64,000 nucleotides of DNA. Source: the human T2T-CHM13v2.0 reference genome, Homo sapiens. The notes beneath the pieces are model-generated. The model had not been told where the DNA came from and searched no databases. It saw only the letters and a list, made by a program, of their open reading frames with translations. This document shows positions 37,277-64,000 of this stretch, in pieces. The stretch lies in NCBI RefSeq assembly GCF_009914755.1, contig NC_060931.1; one strand, 5' to 3'. The position numbers and the translations under genes were made by a program. Numbering within the stretch: position 1 is the stretch's first letter; each line of letters starts with the position of its first letter.

Positions 37277-37806
37277 CTTCTCCTAATTGCCACTTAGAAG
37301 CCCCGGACAAATGAAGGAACTTCTGCGAGCGTCAGTTTCTCTCTCTGTAAAAGGAGCTAATAATTGCTCTGCTCATCTCAAGAATTATTTCAAAGATCAA
37401 TGAGCTAATCAAAGTGAAAGCTACATCCAACTGTAAATTGCCAGAGAAATACAAAATTTCATTCTTGCATCCCCTGAGGACAGGAGGAAACCCCTGCTGG
37501 TTTTTCATCCTATTCCCTGCAGCCTACAGCACGAGGCTGAGACTAACTCAGATGCTCCCAAATCTTTGTTTTCATCTCTTCCTTCATCAAGTCATTCAGA
37601 ACTGCAGCTAGACTCACCTTTCCCTTCCTGCAAAGGCCCCCGCTGATGGGAGAAGCCTGTTCCAGCCCCTAAGCTCAGCACATAAGACCATAGCTCACTC
37701 TTCCCCGCTTCCTGGCTCTGTTCCAGCCTTGGCCACTTCTGTTCCAGCCAAGCAGGTCTCCTCATTTTCTTCAGTGTAGATCAGTGGTGCCTTCTGATCT
37801 TGCCTA

Positions 37807-38117
37807 TTTTTTTTCTTTTCTTTTTTTCTTTTTTGAGATGGAGTCTCACTCTGTTGCCAGGCTGGAGTGCAGTGGCACGATATTGGCTCGCTGCAACCTC
37901 CAACTCCCTAGCAATTCTCCTGCCTCAGCCTCCCGAGTAGCGGAGAGGGGATTACAGGCATACACCATCACACTCAGGTAATTTTTGTATTTTTAGTAGA
38001 GACGGGGTTTCATCATGTTGGCCAAGACGGTCTCGATCTCTCGACCTTGTGATCCATCCGCCTCGGCCTCCCAAAGTGCTGGGATTATAGACATGAGCCA
38101 CTGTGCGTGCCCGGCCA
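37807..38117 (-). mobile_element. AluSc-like
   Basis: Alu consensus. Confidence 0.9.
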
Positions 38118-38244
38118 TCTTCCCTCTTTTTCTCTGGGGCCCAGCCCAAACTTTTCTTTCCTCTGAGGTTTCTTCTGAACACCCTGCTCTATAAAAGGGC
38201 CTGCTCCTTGTGTTTATTTGTTGTAATGATCTAGCTTTCAATAT

Positions 38245-39449
<1,205 letters not shown>

Positions 39450-40811
39450 TTATGTTTCGTTTTTTCAAGGAACTGACCTTTTGGGGTCTTACTGAATATG
39501 TCATGCTGCTGGTGATCTTTTCTATCTTCCCACTAAACCTTGGGCTCTTTTTCAGCACAGTCCTTGGCACAGTGGAAGCTCAGAAAGTATTTGGGAATGA
39601 AACGTGAGTTGAGGAGGCTGCCGCGGGAGGACACAGAGGCAGAGTTTCCTGTTTTCCTGCAAGCTTGTTCACAGGCTCCATGCATGACAGACTGGTGGCT
39701 GCCTCAGTGAGACCTGGGTGTGCAAGCTCTAGCGACAGACTGTTTGACTGTTTCTTTCCCTCTCTTATTTTAACAGCCATTCACACTGCTCCACTCAGCA
39801 AATGACAGGCAGTGGTTCTTGGCTTTTCTCCTGGAGAGAGTCATCTGCAGAGACTCTGCCACTCATTAGCCCATGGCCCTGGAGACAACAGGTTCATAAT
39901 CCCTCTGCCTTCAATCTCCACATTTGGGAGCTGGGCTGCATGTTTTCAGAGACACCGGCTTCCAAATGAGGCAAATCAGAGCCACGAAAATTCTGATTCC
40001 TTGCTCCGCGACAGACCAAAAGAAGTCATATTATTTCTGGCAGGGAGCTGGGGGTGCAGGGATGTTAAAAAATAAAACAGTAGCAGTCTCAACTCAGGTG
40101 ATTCTTAGGATAACCAGAGCCACCAGGTCTGGGAGCTATTTTTGCTCTTTGATCCTTCCAGTTCTGATATTTTATGATTCTATGAAATTGGCTATTTATG
40201 CACCCTAAAATGGAACTAATTAAGAGCTTTTCAAAGAGAATTTTGTATACACCAATGATATCAGAAATGCCCAGGTACCCAAAACTCAAAGGAAGAGCTG
40301 GAGGATGTGGCTTCTATGGAATAAGAGTGAGACTGGTATGTTTCATGATGCTTTTGTTAAGAGGAAGATAAGTCATGCTGACTTGTGGGGCTGGGAGCTG
40401 GTCCCTTCTCCTCTACAAAATCTCATGCCCTGCATCTCAGGTTTGCTAGACCCCAGACAGCTGTGTTTTGCTTTGAGGGTCCTACAATGAACTCTGGTGC
40501 AGTAGCCAGGCATTGTTTTTGTCTCTCTGGAAGCCCTACCCCTTGTTCTAATAACAAAATTCATCTTTTGTGGTTGGGACCTTCACCACCACTCCATCTG
40601 GTGGAACTTAGTCCCTGACTTCACCTTTTCCACCATCGCAAACCAGGTTGACCAGGTGTCATACCCAAAGATTGTTCTGCAGTAGGCACCTGAGTTAATC
40701 AGGTTTGATTGGAGCTCCTTTTTGGATGAAGACAGATACTGAGAGAGAAAATCTTGATACCTTGTGAAGAGAGAGTCTGCCCAGGAATGGAGCTAACAGG
40801 GAGTTAAAAAG

Positions 40812-40894
40812 GACAGAGAGAGGGAGAGGCAGAGAGCAGGCAAGAGAGAGAGACAGAGAGAGAGAGAGAGACAGAGAGAGACAGAGAGAGAGAC

Positions 40895-40963
<69 letters not shown>
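40812..40963 (+). repeat. (GA)n/(GAGACA)n microsatellite
   Basis: Direct reading. Confidence 0.97.
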
Positions 40964-40965
<2 letters not shown>

Positions 40966-41089
40966 TTGCTTGAGCTCTTTGAGTCCAGGCCACCCAAAGT
41001 TCATGCACTTGACTTCCCCCATTATTTGAGCCAGTGCTTTTTTGGTTTAAAAGAATCTTGGTTGGCTTTCTTTTATTTGCAACCCAAAC

Positions 41090-42562
<1,473 letters not shown>

Positions 42563-43568
42563 GGGTCTCTATTTTCTGTTTCAGAATCTCATTGCTTCCT
42601 ACAGGTGTGCTGTGAAGGGTCCCCAAACAGAAGAAAAATTCCTTTTTGTCTGAAGTCCCAAATCTCTTTGAAAACTGTCCTCTGTCTCACCACTGGCTAC
42701 TGACCTCAGCTCCTTAACCTCCTATGTCTACCCAAGGAGAAAGGTTTTATTTCAGGAAAGTCACAGCACAGGAGAACTGCGAACAGATGGTGTTGATGAC
42801 ATATTGTGCCCTTTTTATTTAGATGGGCATGAGAGAACCATTGTGCATGGCCAGGTGATGGGGCAGGTCTCTCCATCCAGGTGTGAACCTGACAGCCCGA
42901 CAGGAACGCTGTGACTTCAGCGGGGAGGACTGAGCTGGGAACCTTGGATTTGGCTGCAGAATTCCTTCTGACCTTCCAGTGAGCCCAGAAGTTTCTGTAT
43001 TTAAATATGACCATCATCATCCAGCCTTTTCATGGGATGGATGAGGAAAATAAGGCTCAGAGAAGTTAACCAACATTCCCAGGGTCACACAGCTAGTTGG
43101 CACAGAATCCACACCTCTTCCCCAGGGGGCTTCCTGGGGCTGCCTGGCCTGTGTCACCATCCTTGGCACTTGTTTCTTTTGTCCCTCATATGGAAGCGCT
43201 GAGTGATTCAGAGCAGCTCTGTCTTGTCTTTCACAGAAACTATTTATTCCCCAGTTGGTGATTTCGCTTTACTTGCCTCTCCCGTGCCGGTTGTCAGAAT
43301 GTCTAGAAAAATCTGACAGCTGGTATTCCATTTAGGGACAACACTTGGGGGATGTGTCTTAAGAGGGCGCACACACAGATCTTGCTGTGCTTCTACTCGA
43401 CTTCCAAATATAATATGCTTTCGTCGGCAATGAAATGGAAAATGAGCACGGGTGATGAAGCACCGTTTCGTATGAAGACTTTGAAATGCCAAAGCCCAGG
43501 TAAATGACCCAGGGTGACCAATGAAGAGGCCAGGGCTGGGCATTGACAGGTAGACCCAGGTTAAAATT

Positions 43569-43991
43569 ATTTTCTTTTGTTTTGACTCAGCAATTAAAAA
43601 AAAAATTATTTTAAGTTCCATGATACATGTGCAGAATGTGCAGGTTTGTTAAATAGGTAAACGTGCGCCATGGTGGTTTGCTGCACCTATCAACCCATTA
43701 GGTAGGTATTCAGCCCCGCATGCATTAGCTATTTATCCTGATGCTCTCCCTCCCATTGCCCCCTGACAGGCCCCGGTGTGTGATGTTCCCCTCCCTGTGT
43801 CCATGTGTTCTCATTATTCAACTCCCACTTATGAGTGAGAACATGCGGTGTTTGGTTTCCTGTTCCTGTGTTAGTTTGCTGAGGATAATGGCTTCCAGCT
43901 TCATCCATGCCCCTGCAAAAGACATGATCTCATTCCTTTTTATGGCTGCATAGTATTCCATGGTGTATATGTACCACATTTTCTTCATCCA
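43569..43991 (-). mobile_element. 5'-truncated L1PA (7/8-like) 3' end
   Basis: ttttaagttccatgatacatgtgcagaatgtgcaggtttg...; TSD gttaaaatt. Confidence 0.9.
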
Positions 43992-44011
43992 GTTAAAATT
44001 CTTTTTATAAA

Positions 44012-44207
44012 AACATTGAGACAGGGTTTCGTTCTGTCACCCAGGCTGGAGTGAAGTGGTGCGACTGTGGCTTACTGCAGCCTCAACCTCCCAGGCTCAA
44101 GTGATCCTCCCACCTGAGCCTCCTGAGTAGCTGGGACTACAGGTGCCTGCCACCATGCCTGGTTATGTATGTATGTATGTATGTATGTATGTATGTATGT
44201 ATGTATG

Positions 44208-44263
<56 letters not shown>

Positions 44264-44293
44264 GAGACAGGGTTTTGCCATGTTGCCCAGGTT
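44012..44293 (-). mobile_element. Truncated AluJ whose middle A-rich linker expanded into a (TATG)n(TATC)n STR (44164-44263)
   Basis: Alu arms either side of a compound tetranucleotide repeat. Confidence 0.9.
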
Positions 44294-44434
44294 GCAGGTT
44301 AAAATTCTTAGCCACTATTTGACTTGGGAAAAATGACTTCACTTTGTGGAGCCTCAGTTTCCTCATCTACATGAAAATGGTAACAGAACTTGTCTCTCAG
44401 GGCCATGCAGAGGGGTCAATGCAATGTGTTCATA

Positions 44435-44836
<402 letters not shown>

Positions 44837-45264
44837 TAAATGACCAGCACTTGGCAGGCATGCGTGACAGTTCTCTTCCACCCTCTTCCTTCTGGACTGC
44901 ATCCATATGGATTAAACAGTAAACATCCTGGAAGCAAGCACCATCAACCTTAATAGATAGTATAATGTGTCATGGGAGCACTTAATAAGAATCTGGTGAC
45001 CGGCAAATAGATGATTCAACCACAAAGACCACTGAATTCCATAGATGCCAGCAACTGGAACCAAATAATAAGATATACATTCGTCTCAGTGTCATTGAGC
45101 TTATGATCTCTAAAACCAAGAATGTCTGGTGCCTAAAATGGGTGGAACTGAGGCAAAACATCCTTAAAAACTCCCTTATTCAGTATGAATGGTGAATGGG
45201 TACTTTCAGTAGACACATACTTAAATGTCCAACCTGTTATGGGGATATGGGCTTGGTAAGTTTT

Positions 45265-47804
<2,540 letters not shown>

Positions 47805-48530
47805 TTAATTTCTAATAGAGTCCTTGTCCCTTGTGCTGCCCACAGCAGCATTTTGAAATCTTTTCCATGCTCCAGATCTCAGTCCCACCTCCAGCTCTCC
47901 TGAGCTCCCAGCCCTCTGATGTGGGATTCTTTAAGTTCCATCTCTGCCACAAAATGTCTGTTTCTTTGCCCATCTCTTAGTTTCTGGTGAAGAGGCAGAT
48001 GGGCTCTTCCACCTTCTGATGGCAAAGACCTTCCTAATTGGTGTGATTACCTGTTTGCTCTAATGAGAGCAGCAGGAAAGAAATTCCTAGGGATGAGGGG
48101 TGGGTTAGCAAGAGTAGAGAAGACCTGAGTGGGGGCTCTGGGGCTGAGGGAAGAGGCCCAGCCCGTTCCTTTCCCTCTCATTGGTCATGTGGGGTTGCGA
48201 GGAGGATTCAGTTTAATGAGAAAAGAATTTCATCACTTGGAAGAAATAAAGGAAACCATCTTGGCCCTTCACAGTTAGGTGCTAGATTCATCAAGACTTG
48301 GGATGGAGGGAGCAGACAGTGAGTCAGGGATCTGAGATTGAACTGTTCTGCCCCGATACACCTTAGAAAATTAATCAAGGAAGAAGGGCAGGAGAGAAAC
48401 AAAAATAAACCAAATTTGACACACACTCAGTGTTGATCGTGAGGTCAGCTCGTTTTCCAACTTGCTTCCTCATAGGCGTTTGCTGCCTATTGCCCCAGAA
48501 TCACATAGACCCTATTATAAGATTATAGTT

Positions 48531-49040
48531 CTTTATAATATAATGATTTATATTCCTTTGGGAATATACCTAGCAATGTGATTTCTAGGTCAAATGGTAT
48601 TGCTGGTCCTAGATCTTTGAGGAATTGCCACACCATTTTCTGATAGACTGGATAAAGAAAGTGTGTACATATACACAATGGCATACTATGCAGCCATAAA
48701 AAGGAATGAGATTATGTCCTTGCAGGGACATAGATGGAGCTCGAAGCCATCATCCTCAGCAAACTAACACAGGAGCAGAAAACCAAACACTGCATGTTCT
48801 CACTCATAAGCGGGAGCTGAACAATGAGAACACATGTTGCGGGGTGGGGGATGGAGAGGAGAGCATCAGGAAAAATAGCTAATGCATGCTGGCTTAATGC
48901 GTAGGTAATGGGTTGATAGGTGCTGCAAACCACCATGGCACACATTTAAATGTAACAAACCTGCACGTCCTGCACATGTACCCCAAAACTTAAAAAGTAA
49001 AATTAATGAAGAAGCCAGGTGTGCACATGTGCACGCATGC

Positions 49041-49076
<36 letters not shown>
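48531..49076 (+). mobile_element. 5'-inverted (twin-primed) truncated L1PA with non-L1 (CA)n-containing tail
   Basis: Antisense L1 48531-48640, sense L1 3' end 48641-49005, TSD gattatagtt. Confidence 0.87.
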
Positions 49077-49095
49077 GATTATAGTTTCCCCCTCC

Positions 49096-49386
<291 letters not shown>

Positions 49387-50459
49387 TAGTTCCCCTTAAT
49401 TGCCCTATTGATAACAATTTGAACAGTATAAAACATTAAGTTTTCCCTTTGAGATATTCTTTAGGTTCTGCATATCAATGAGACTACTGATGTCAGCTGG
49501 TCTGAAGGACCCCCCCCCAGGGAGCTGACTTACCAAAGAATGCAGTTTCCACATCCTGATGGTTTCATCAAATCAACAACCTCAATTTTTCAGTCTCTTG
49601 CCCTCCACAATCCCCTTAAAAACCCTAGCTCAACACTCCTCAGGGAATGGATTTGAGGGTTCCTCCTGTCTCCTTGCTCAGCTACCCTACTGTCATTAAA
49701 CTGTTTCTCTGCTGCAAACCCTGCTGTCTCAGTGTATTGGTCTATTACTGAACAGTGGGCATAAGAACCTGGTGGTCCTGTAACAGGACGTCAGCAAGGG
49801 CATGGTTGACGTGGCTGGACAAGGCACGCAGCTTAGGCCAAGGGCAAAAGAGGATAGGGAGGAGTTGACAGTTTGGGAGAGATGGGGAGGCCCCAAAGCG
49901 CTCAAGGCTGGGAGGAGGAGAGGGAGATTTAGGAGGTGGAAGCAATGCAGCTGTGCAATCAGGTCTTGATAGAAGAAGGGAAAGGTTCAAAATGCCAACG
50001 GGCCCCCGTTTGTGGATATGGGAGCAATATGGAAGCAAAGGGTCTAAGGTGAGCCACAGGATCTCAGACAAACTCCTCTAGTCCTAGGATGCTAAGCAGG
50101 TAGACTCAGGAACTCAGTATTCTCTTCCTAGACACCTCTGCCCAAAATGCAACCAGGGAGGCTCTTTCTTGCATGTGGAAAGGCCTGTGAGCATTAAATA
50201 TATTCACCCATCACTTTGATCATGCTTGAAAAATTCTTAAACCTAAACACAAATCAACGAGCTTGTGTCTGGGGGACAAACAACCCTGACATAATGTTTT
50301 TGCAAAGTTTCTCTGAGATAAAAATATGCAAAAGGGATTATGTAATGACCGTCCCAGAGGTCATACAAGAATGCAACGTGCAAATTACAAAATAACAGCT
50401 TTTTTAAATGAAATAAGATAATGAATTTTAAACCACTTAGTGCAGTGCCTGGACTAACA

Positions 50460-51310
<851 letters not shown>

Positions 51311-52257
51311 AAAGCAAACCCAGCAAGGCTTCTGTTTGGTAGCCCCTTTGTCAGGCATTTATTTTATTAATGTATAAGGTTTTGAGAAATAAAAAGGCCT
51401 TACTTCGAATTTAGATTATTTCCCAGTATAGCCTGACCTTTCCCAAATTACTAAGATCTATGACATTTCCCTGAACAAAACACTGATCCACCAACAAAGG
51501 CTGTTGTGGAAAATGAGATGATACCCAAAAATACCCTTCTCCACCCATCTCAAGAGTGCTGACTAGCAGTAGAGCGCTTGAGCCCCATGTGCTTTCATTG
51601 TGTGGGGCTCACATCATCTGTCAGCCCCGAGCGAGATGGATTGGGAAGGCCAGGTCTGCTGTTTTCTCAAGTTTCAGTTCTCAATCCCTTCGCTCCTCAC
51701 CCCTCCTCACCCTCGCATGTCCTGCTGGAAATGGCCTTGGCTGTGACCACCCCATCCTGCCCTTATAAGATCAGTGTGACTCCCACTCCAAATACAGTCA
51801 TTGATGCTATCACCCCATTGTCACAGCAAGGAGACCAAGGCAACTTCAGGACCACAGCTGGGTTTTGTTTGATGCGCATGGCAGTTTTGCAGTGTTTAAA
51901 TTTGAGTGACTTCAGAAGAGATCATTGCTTTCTGTTTTGCAACAGACTCCACTACTCCCTCTCTCCCACTGTTTGCAACCTCAGAGTACAGGCCATCTCC
52001 TGTTCCCTCCTGTCGTGGCCTTTAATGCTGGGTCCATGATGCAGCAGTTCAGCCAAGACAGGGCTGATGGGAGCCTGGGTTTGCATGGACAGTTCTGGTG
52101 CCTGGGACCAGCTCAGCTCCAAGCACACTAGCCTCCCCCCATAGCACTCACTGGCTCTAAGGGAGACAGCTACAAGACCAGGCAACCAAATATATCCTTC
52201 TAGTGTCTATGTGACAGCTTCCCAACTATGTATACTGACTTATTTAAATGTTCAAAA

Positions 52258-52289
<32 letters not shown>

Positions 52290-53131
52290 AAAATTTGACC
52301 TCCTTAAGAAATGTCAGCATTGAACAGAAAAGTTGCTGATAGCCTGCTATATGATGTTTTAATGTAATTAAAAATTTTTTTTCTATACAACAGGGCTATT
52401 AAAACCACTCTGATTTTCAAAGTTGGAAAGAAGGATTAAATCCTTTAGCTTCTCAGGAATTCTCTACTGATTAGGAGATTCAGTAGGCTCTCTTTTTTCT
52501 TTAAATTTGCTTTCATGAATAAAAAAAAATAACCTTTCATGGGTCTCTTTTTTGGCCTCCAGAGAACCTTATTTCTTCTGTAACTACTTGGTTAAGTTCA
52601 TCAGAGGACTCTGTCCCTTTTTTTTTTCTTTTTTTTGGCCAGTGCATTTGGGAACATAGAGGTCATCCATTCCTAAGAATTCTGCGAAGTAGGTGTAATC
52701 ATCCTGATGTTTATAGATGAGGAAACACAGAGAAGGTCCATCCTTTGCCCAAGGTCACACAACGGACTCGACCCAAGTTTGCCGGACAGCCAAAATAGGC
52801 TCTTTGCACCGCCCCATGCAGCCACAACCAAGAGAAGGCAAACAGCACAAAACCACACATCCAATCACACGCAGACCTCAGAGAGCCTTGAGAGAAAAGA
52901 CAGGGTCAGTGGAGATTCTGCAAAAAATGCAGAATTTGGAGGAGAAAGATGGAGAAAATGAAACCCACCGCATCTTAGCAAAAAAGATCTTTAACCTCAG
53001 TCCTGGATTTTTGGCTTCAGTACAAGGGAACATCAGCCCAAGAGCCTGTGTGTGAACGCATTTTTCATATAGAGAGTGTGGTGCATTGGCCTGTCCCGGA
53101 CCGGGGAGGGGATGGCAGCAGGGGCACCTAC

Positions 53132-53288
53132 CTCCTTCAAACTCTGTTTGGCAGTTCCCCGAGGTCTCATTCAGGCTCTCTTCCTCATTGATAATGATGT
53201 TCTCAATGTCCTTCATCGTTAGGTGGTCTCGGAAGGCATGATAGAGAATGTGCTTCAACTCTTCCAGAGTTATCCTTTGCATGTCAAA
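53132..53288 (-). CDS. CALN1: CALN1 penultimate coding exon (157 nt, phase 0 to phase 1): FDMQRITLEELKHILYHAFRDHLTMKDIENIIINEEESLNETSGNCQTEFEG
   Basis: Translation recognised as the calneuron-1 C-terminal degenerate EF-hand region. Acceptor ctctttatctccacAG|TTTGAC (AG at 53290-53289) and donor GAAGGAG|GTaggt (GT at 53131-53130). The leftover G joins TG of the next exon to make Val in frame. Confidence 0.96.
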
Positions 53289-53692
53289 CTGTGGAGATAA
53301 AGAGTAGTGAGATGGTCAGAAGCATGTGGAGATGGGAAGTTGGCTCGGGCCATGACAGGCCAGACCCACAGCTGCTCTGCAGAAACTTGTCTCAGCGTTT
53401 CAGGATATCAGGTGAACAGTTTTCCATCCTGTTCAGCTCCAAGTATACTCATGAACTTGCAGGGACTTATTGGAATGATAGAGAGTGGAACATATTCCCT
53501 TCGCTTTAGCTTCTTGGAGAAAAAAAATGCCACCCGCCAGTCTGGTTTCCTATTCATCCAGCCATCTGCTGTCAACCCTGCATACTTTGTGTACTTTAGA
53601 ATGGTGAAACCCTTTATATAATGCATACGTCTCTAAAATTTTTATAATTTACCAACACTCTGGCAATTCCCATATTGGTTTAAGTATGTATC

Positions 53693-58425
<4,733 letters not shown>

Positions 58426-58475
58426 ACTCAGTGTTTTCAGTTACTCTGCACTATGAGGAAGGAAGTTTTAGACTC

Positions 58476-58700
58476 TTTTTTCCCTCTCTCTCTCCCTGCC
58501 TCCCTTCCATCCTTCCTTTCTTCCTTCCTTCCTTCCATTCCCTTCCTCCTTCTTTCCTTCCCTCTCCCCCTCCCCCTTTCCTCCCTTCCCACCCTCCCGC
58601 CCTCCCTTCTTTTCTTCCTCCCTCCCTCCCTCCCTCCTTCCTTCCTTCTTTCCTTCCTCCCTTCCTTCCCTCCTTCCTCTCTCTTTTACTTTCTTGTTTC
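58476..58700 (+). repeat. (CCTT/CCCT)n pyrimidine tract, tail of - AluJ (58700-58915)
   Basis: Direct reading. Confidence 0.93.
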
Positions 58701-59461
58701 TTGCTTTGTCACCCAGGCTAGAGTGCAGTAGTGCGATCATAGCTTACCGCAGCCTCAAACTCCTGGGCTCAAGCAATCTTCTAGGTGGAACTACAGGTGC
58801 ATGACACCAGACCTGGCTAATTTTTTTTTTAATTTTTTTTTTCTTTACAGAGAGAGTCTTGCTATGTTGCCCAAGCTGGTCTCAAACTCCTGGCCTCAAG
58901 CCATCCTCCTGCCTTGCTTGCTTGTTAAACAATTTGTACCTTGCTTTAACTGTGCACCTCTGTTCTAAAAAATTAAATTGGGATATTGAATCTTGCTGTA
59001 AAATCTAAATGATTCAAGTTCAAAGCCATTTATACACTTCAGAGCAACTGAAGGGGAGGTGTAAAACAAACTTGTTTTCTGCATTAGAGTTTAACGATCC
59101 TAGACAGGAATTTTGACATACACTCAGAGAAAACTCATGGGACCCTGTCTCTTTATATTGGGTAAGGGAGCAAGGTATTGTTCATTTGGCTTTGGGGAAA
59201 AACCTGGCAGAATGCATGAAGAGGATGATTTACAGATGAGAACACCAAGACCCCCTGCCATGATCAGAGATGAAGAGTGGCAAGATCAAGGTCAACAAGA
59301 CTCAGAAAATGAGTAACCATTTCCTAACACTTGAAGAGTGTGGTGCCTGGAAAACCTCTAACCTGTTGAGAGGTTGCTGTCATTCAGAAATCAGGCCAAA
59401 AGATTGGTCAGGAGCAACGAGAAGAGAAGGAAAGATACAGACTCCAAAATCTATAGTTTTG

Positions 59462-59775
<314 letters not shown>

Positions 59776-60240
59776 CTATAGTTTTGGAGATCTGGGTCAT
59801 GTTTTAGTATTAGGGTATATATTTAGTATTAGGACATCTAAACAAAATAAGTTGCGTAGCATTCCATATATCACCTATATTGTCAATATCTGTCTTTCAA
59901 AAGTTTGAAAAAAATCACTGTAAAACAATGTGTACCCCATGCCAACAAGCCTTTCTTCTGTGATTGTCAGTCCATTTTACTTTTCAGTTTTTCTTCAGTC
60001 AATTTTGGAATGTTGTAGTTTTTTGGAAAACCAGAGAGAACATTTTCATTATCATTAGTATGCAACTATGGACCCTAGTCCTGCAATTTTAAATTCCTCC
60101 CAATCATTATTACATCCCAGTTCTCCTTTGTACTTTTATTGGTTTCTCTCTTCTAGTTGATTTTCGTCACCTTTTTCTGTTGTTAATGGATCATAGGGAA
60201 GAGAATGTGGCCCATACATCTGCAATTTTTGGAAACCTAA

Positions 60241-62328
<2,088 letters not shown>

Positions 62329-62652
62329 TAAGTACTTTCACAGTGTCATACAAACACCACAATTACTTCTCTCCAGAAGTCCTTCATCTTCCCAGACTGA
62401 AACTTTGTACACTATTATTAATTATCATTAAACACTATCTCCCCATTCCTCCCTCACTGCAAACCCAACAACCACCACTCTATTTTTTGTTTCTCTGTGT
62501 CTTTGACTTTTTTAGGTACCTTATGTTAAGTGGAATCATATGATATTTGTCTTTTTGTGACTGGTTTATTTCACTTAGATAATGCCCTCAAGGTTCATCC
62601 ATGTTGTGTCATGTGTCAGAATTCCCTTCCTTTTTAAGGCTGGACCATTTTC

Positions 62653-63305
62653 TGTAAACCCAAAATAGAATTCTAAGCTCCACAACCATCGGAATGGACC
62701 CCACTTCTCAGCCAAGGGCATTCCAAAGTTAACCTGAAAAATGACTTCAGGCTATGATGGGAAGGAAGAATTGAACATGACTCATTATACCCTCCTCCCT
62801 TTTGGAATTCAGGCCCAAATATTAAAGTTAATTAATGTTTCAATTAACTAACATTAAAACAGAGTAAGACTGATAGGACAAGGAACACTTACAATCTATT
62901 CTCTCTGCAGCCTGCAACCTGGAGGCTTCATCTGCATAATAAAACCTTGGTCTCTACAATCCTTATCATAAGCCAGACATTCCTTTTGATTGATTCCAAG
63001 TCTTTAGATAATACCTCAACCAACTGCCAATCAGAACCCACCAATGACCAATCCACCTATGACCTGGAAGCTCCCCACCCACCAACCTCCAGTTGTCCAG
63101 CCTTTTTAGACTGAACCAATGTCATCTTATGTGTATTGACATTTTACATCTCCCTAGAATGTACAAAACTCAGGTGTAGGCTGACCACCTTGGGCACATG
63201 TTCTCAGGACCTCCTGAGGGCTGTGTCATAGGCCATTGGTCATTTGTATTTGGCTCAGAATAAATATCTTCACGTATTGTTTAGAGCCTGAGTCTTTTCA
63301 TTAGC
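62653..63305 (+). mobile_element. MER4-family (ERV1) solo LTR inserted in a minus-strand L1M 3' end (~61955-63490)
   Basis: tgtaaacccaaaatagaattctaagc...gaatggacccc start; ggctcagaataaatatcttc poly(A) region. Confidence 0.85.
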
Positions 63306-63569
63306 CATTCCGTTGTATGGACATACCACATTCACAATAGACATAAAGTAGAAGCAGCCCAAGTGTCTGCTATGGATGTAGGTGTACAAATATCTGTTCC
63401 AGTCACTGCTTTTAACTCTTTGGGGTATATACCTAGAAGCAGAATTGCTGAATCATACGGTAATTCTATGTTTAAATTTTTCAGGAACAGAGCTTGGTTT
63501 TATCTGTTGAGTATCTTTGAGTTGTATTTTTATCCACTAAAACATTTTCATCAGAGAAATTACTTGATC

Positions 63570-64000
63570 AGGTTTGAGCTTGAGAAAAACTACCCTTTGC
63601 TGATACAAAGGTCCCAACAACCAGAGAGGAGGCTATTGAAGTTACAGATTCTGAGACTGAAGTAGGCTATGGAGATAGGGAGAATTTATGAGCTGTGTAA
63701 ACGAGAGGTTGATAAGACTTGATGGATCACTGTGTGTGGTGTGTGAAGGCGAATGGGCCATCCAGGGAGACACCTGGGTTTTACGTTCAGCTGAATGTAT
63801 GGGCTTAGAAAGAAAGGCTACACGTTAAATTTTGGATGCATTCTTTGAAGGTTCCTGAGGGACAGCCCAGTAGAATAGCCTAGGATGCAGTAGAATGTAT
63901 AGATACAGGTTAATGACACAGATTTAGCATTCATTTGCATACAGATGATGATAAAGTCATCAGAAAGGATGACACCACCCAAGAAGAGAGTGTGGGCTAT
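63570..64000 (-). mobile_element. L2-like remnant
   Basis: Highly diverged motifs (ttttggatgcatt..tttgaagg, gatttagcattcatttgcatacagatg). Confidence 0.55.

Noticed and set aside
52254-52293. Isolated poly(A) run as the tail of a retrocopy
   Set aside because: No recognisable retroelement or mRNA body and no TSD upstream on the + strand; treated as a simple repeat

Overview
Primate (almost certainly human) genomic DNA, very rich in repeats: about 55 Alus (AluJ/S/Y), several old L1s, MaLR/ERV LTRs, Tigger2a, MADE1, MER5, MIR, L2 and microsatellites. The only gene I can support is the 3' end of CALN1 (calneuron-1/CaBP8; 7q11.22 from memory) on the minus strand. It comprises a 157-nt penultimate coding exon (53132-53288), a 22.4-kb last intron, and a terminal exon with 128 coding nt (30576-30703, encoding the tail-anchor TM helix). 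The ~8.3-kb 3'UTR ends at an AATAAA (22309-22314), with cleavage near 22290. Bases 1-22 kb are downstream intergenic repeat DNA. I found no convincing undescribed biological system, and nearly all other ORFs in the track are repeat or low-complexity artefacts. The observations most worth following up are: three loci where the same retrotransposon target site was used twice (triplicated TSDs); a probable L1 3' transduction; a 211/218-bp local duplication of unique sequence; an AT-rich palindrome with templated filler; a near full-length MLT1 provirus; and several testable CALN1 RNA-processing features (distant branch point, routes to a TM-less isoform, proximal PAS, readthrough context, rG4). 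Repeat boundaries and subfamily calls were made by eye and are approximate.
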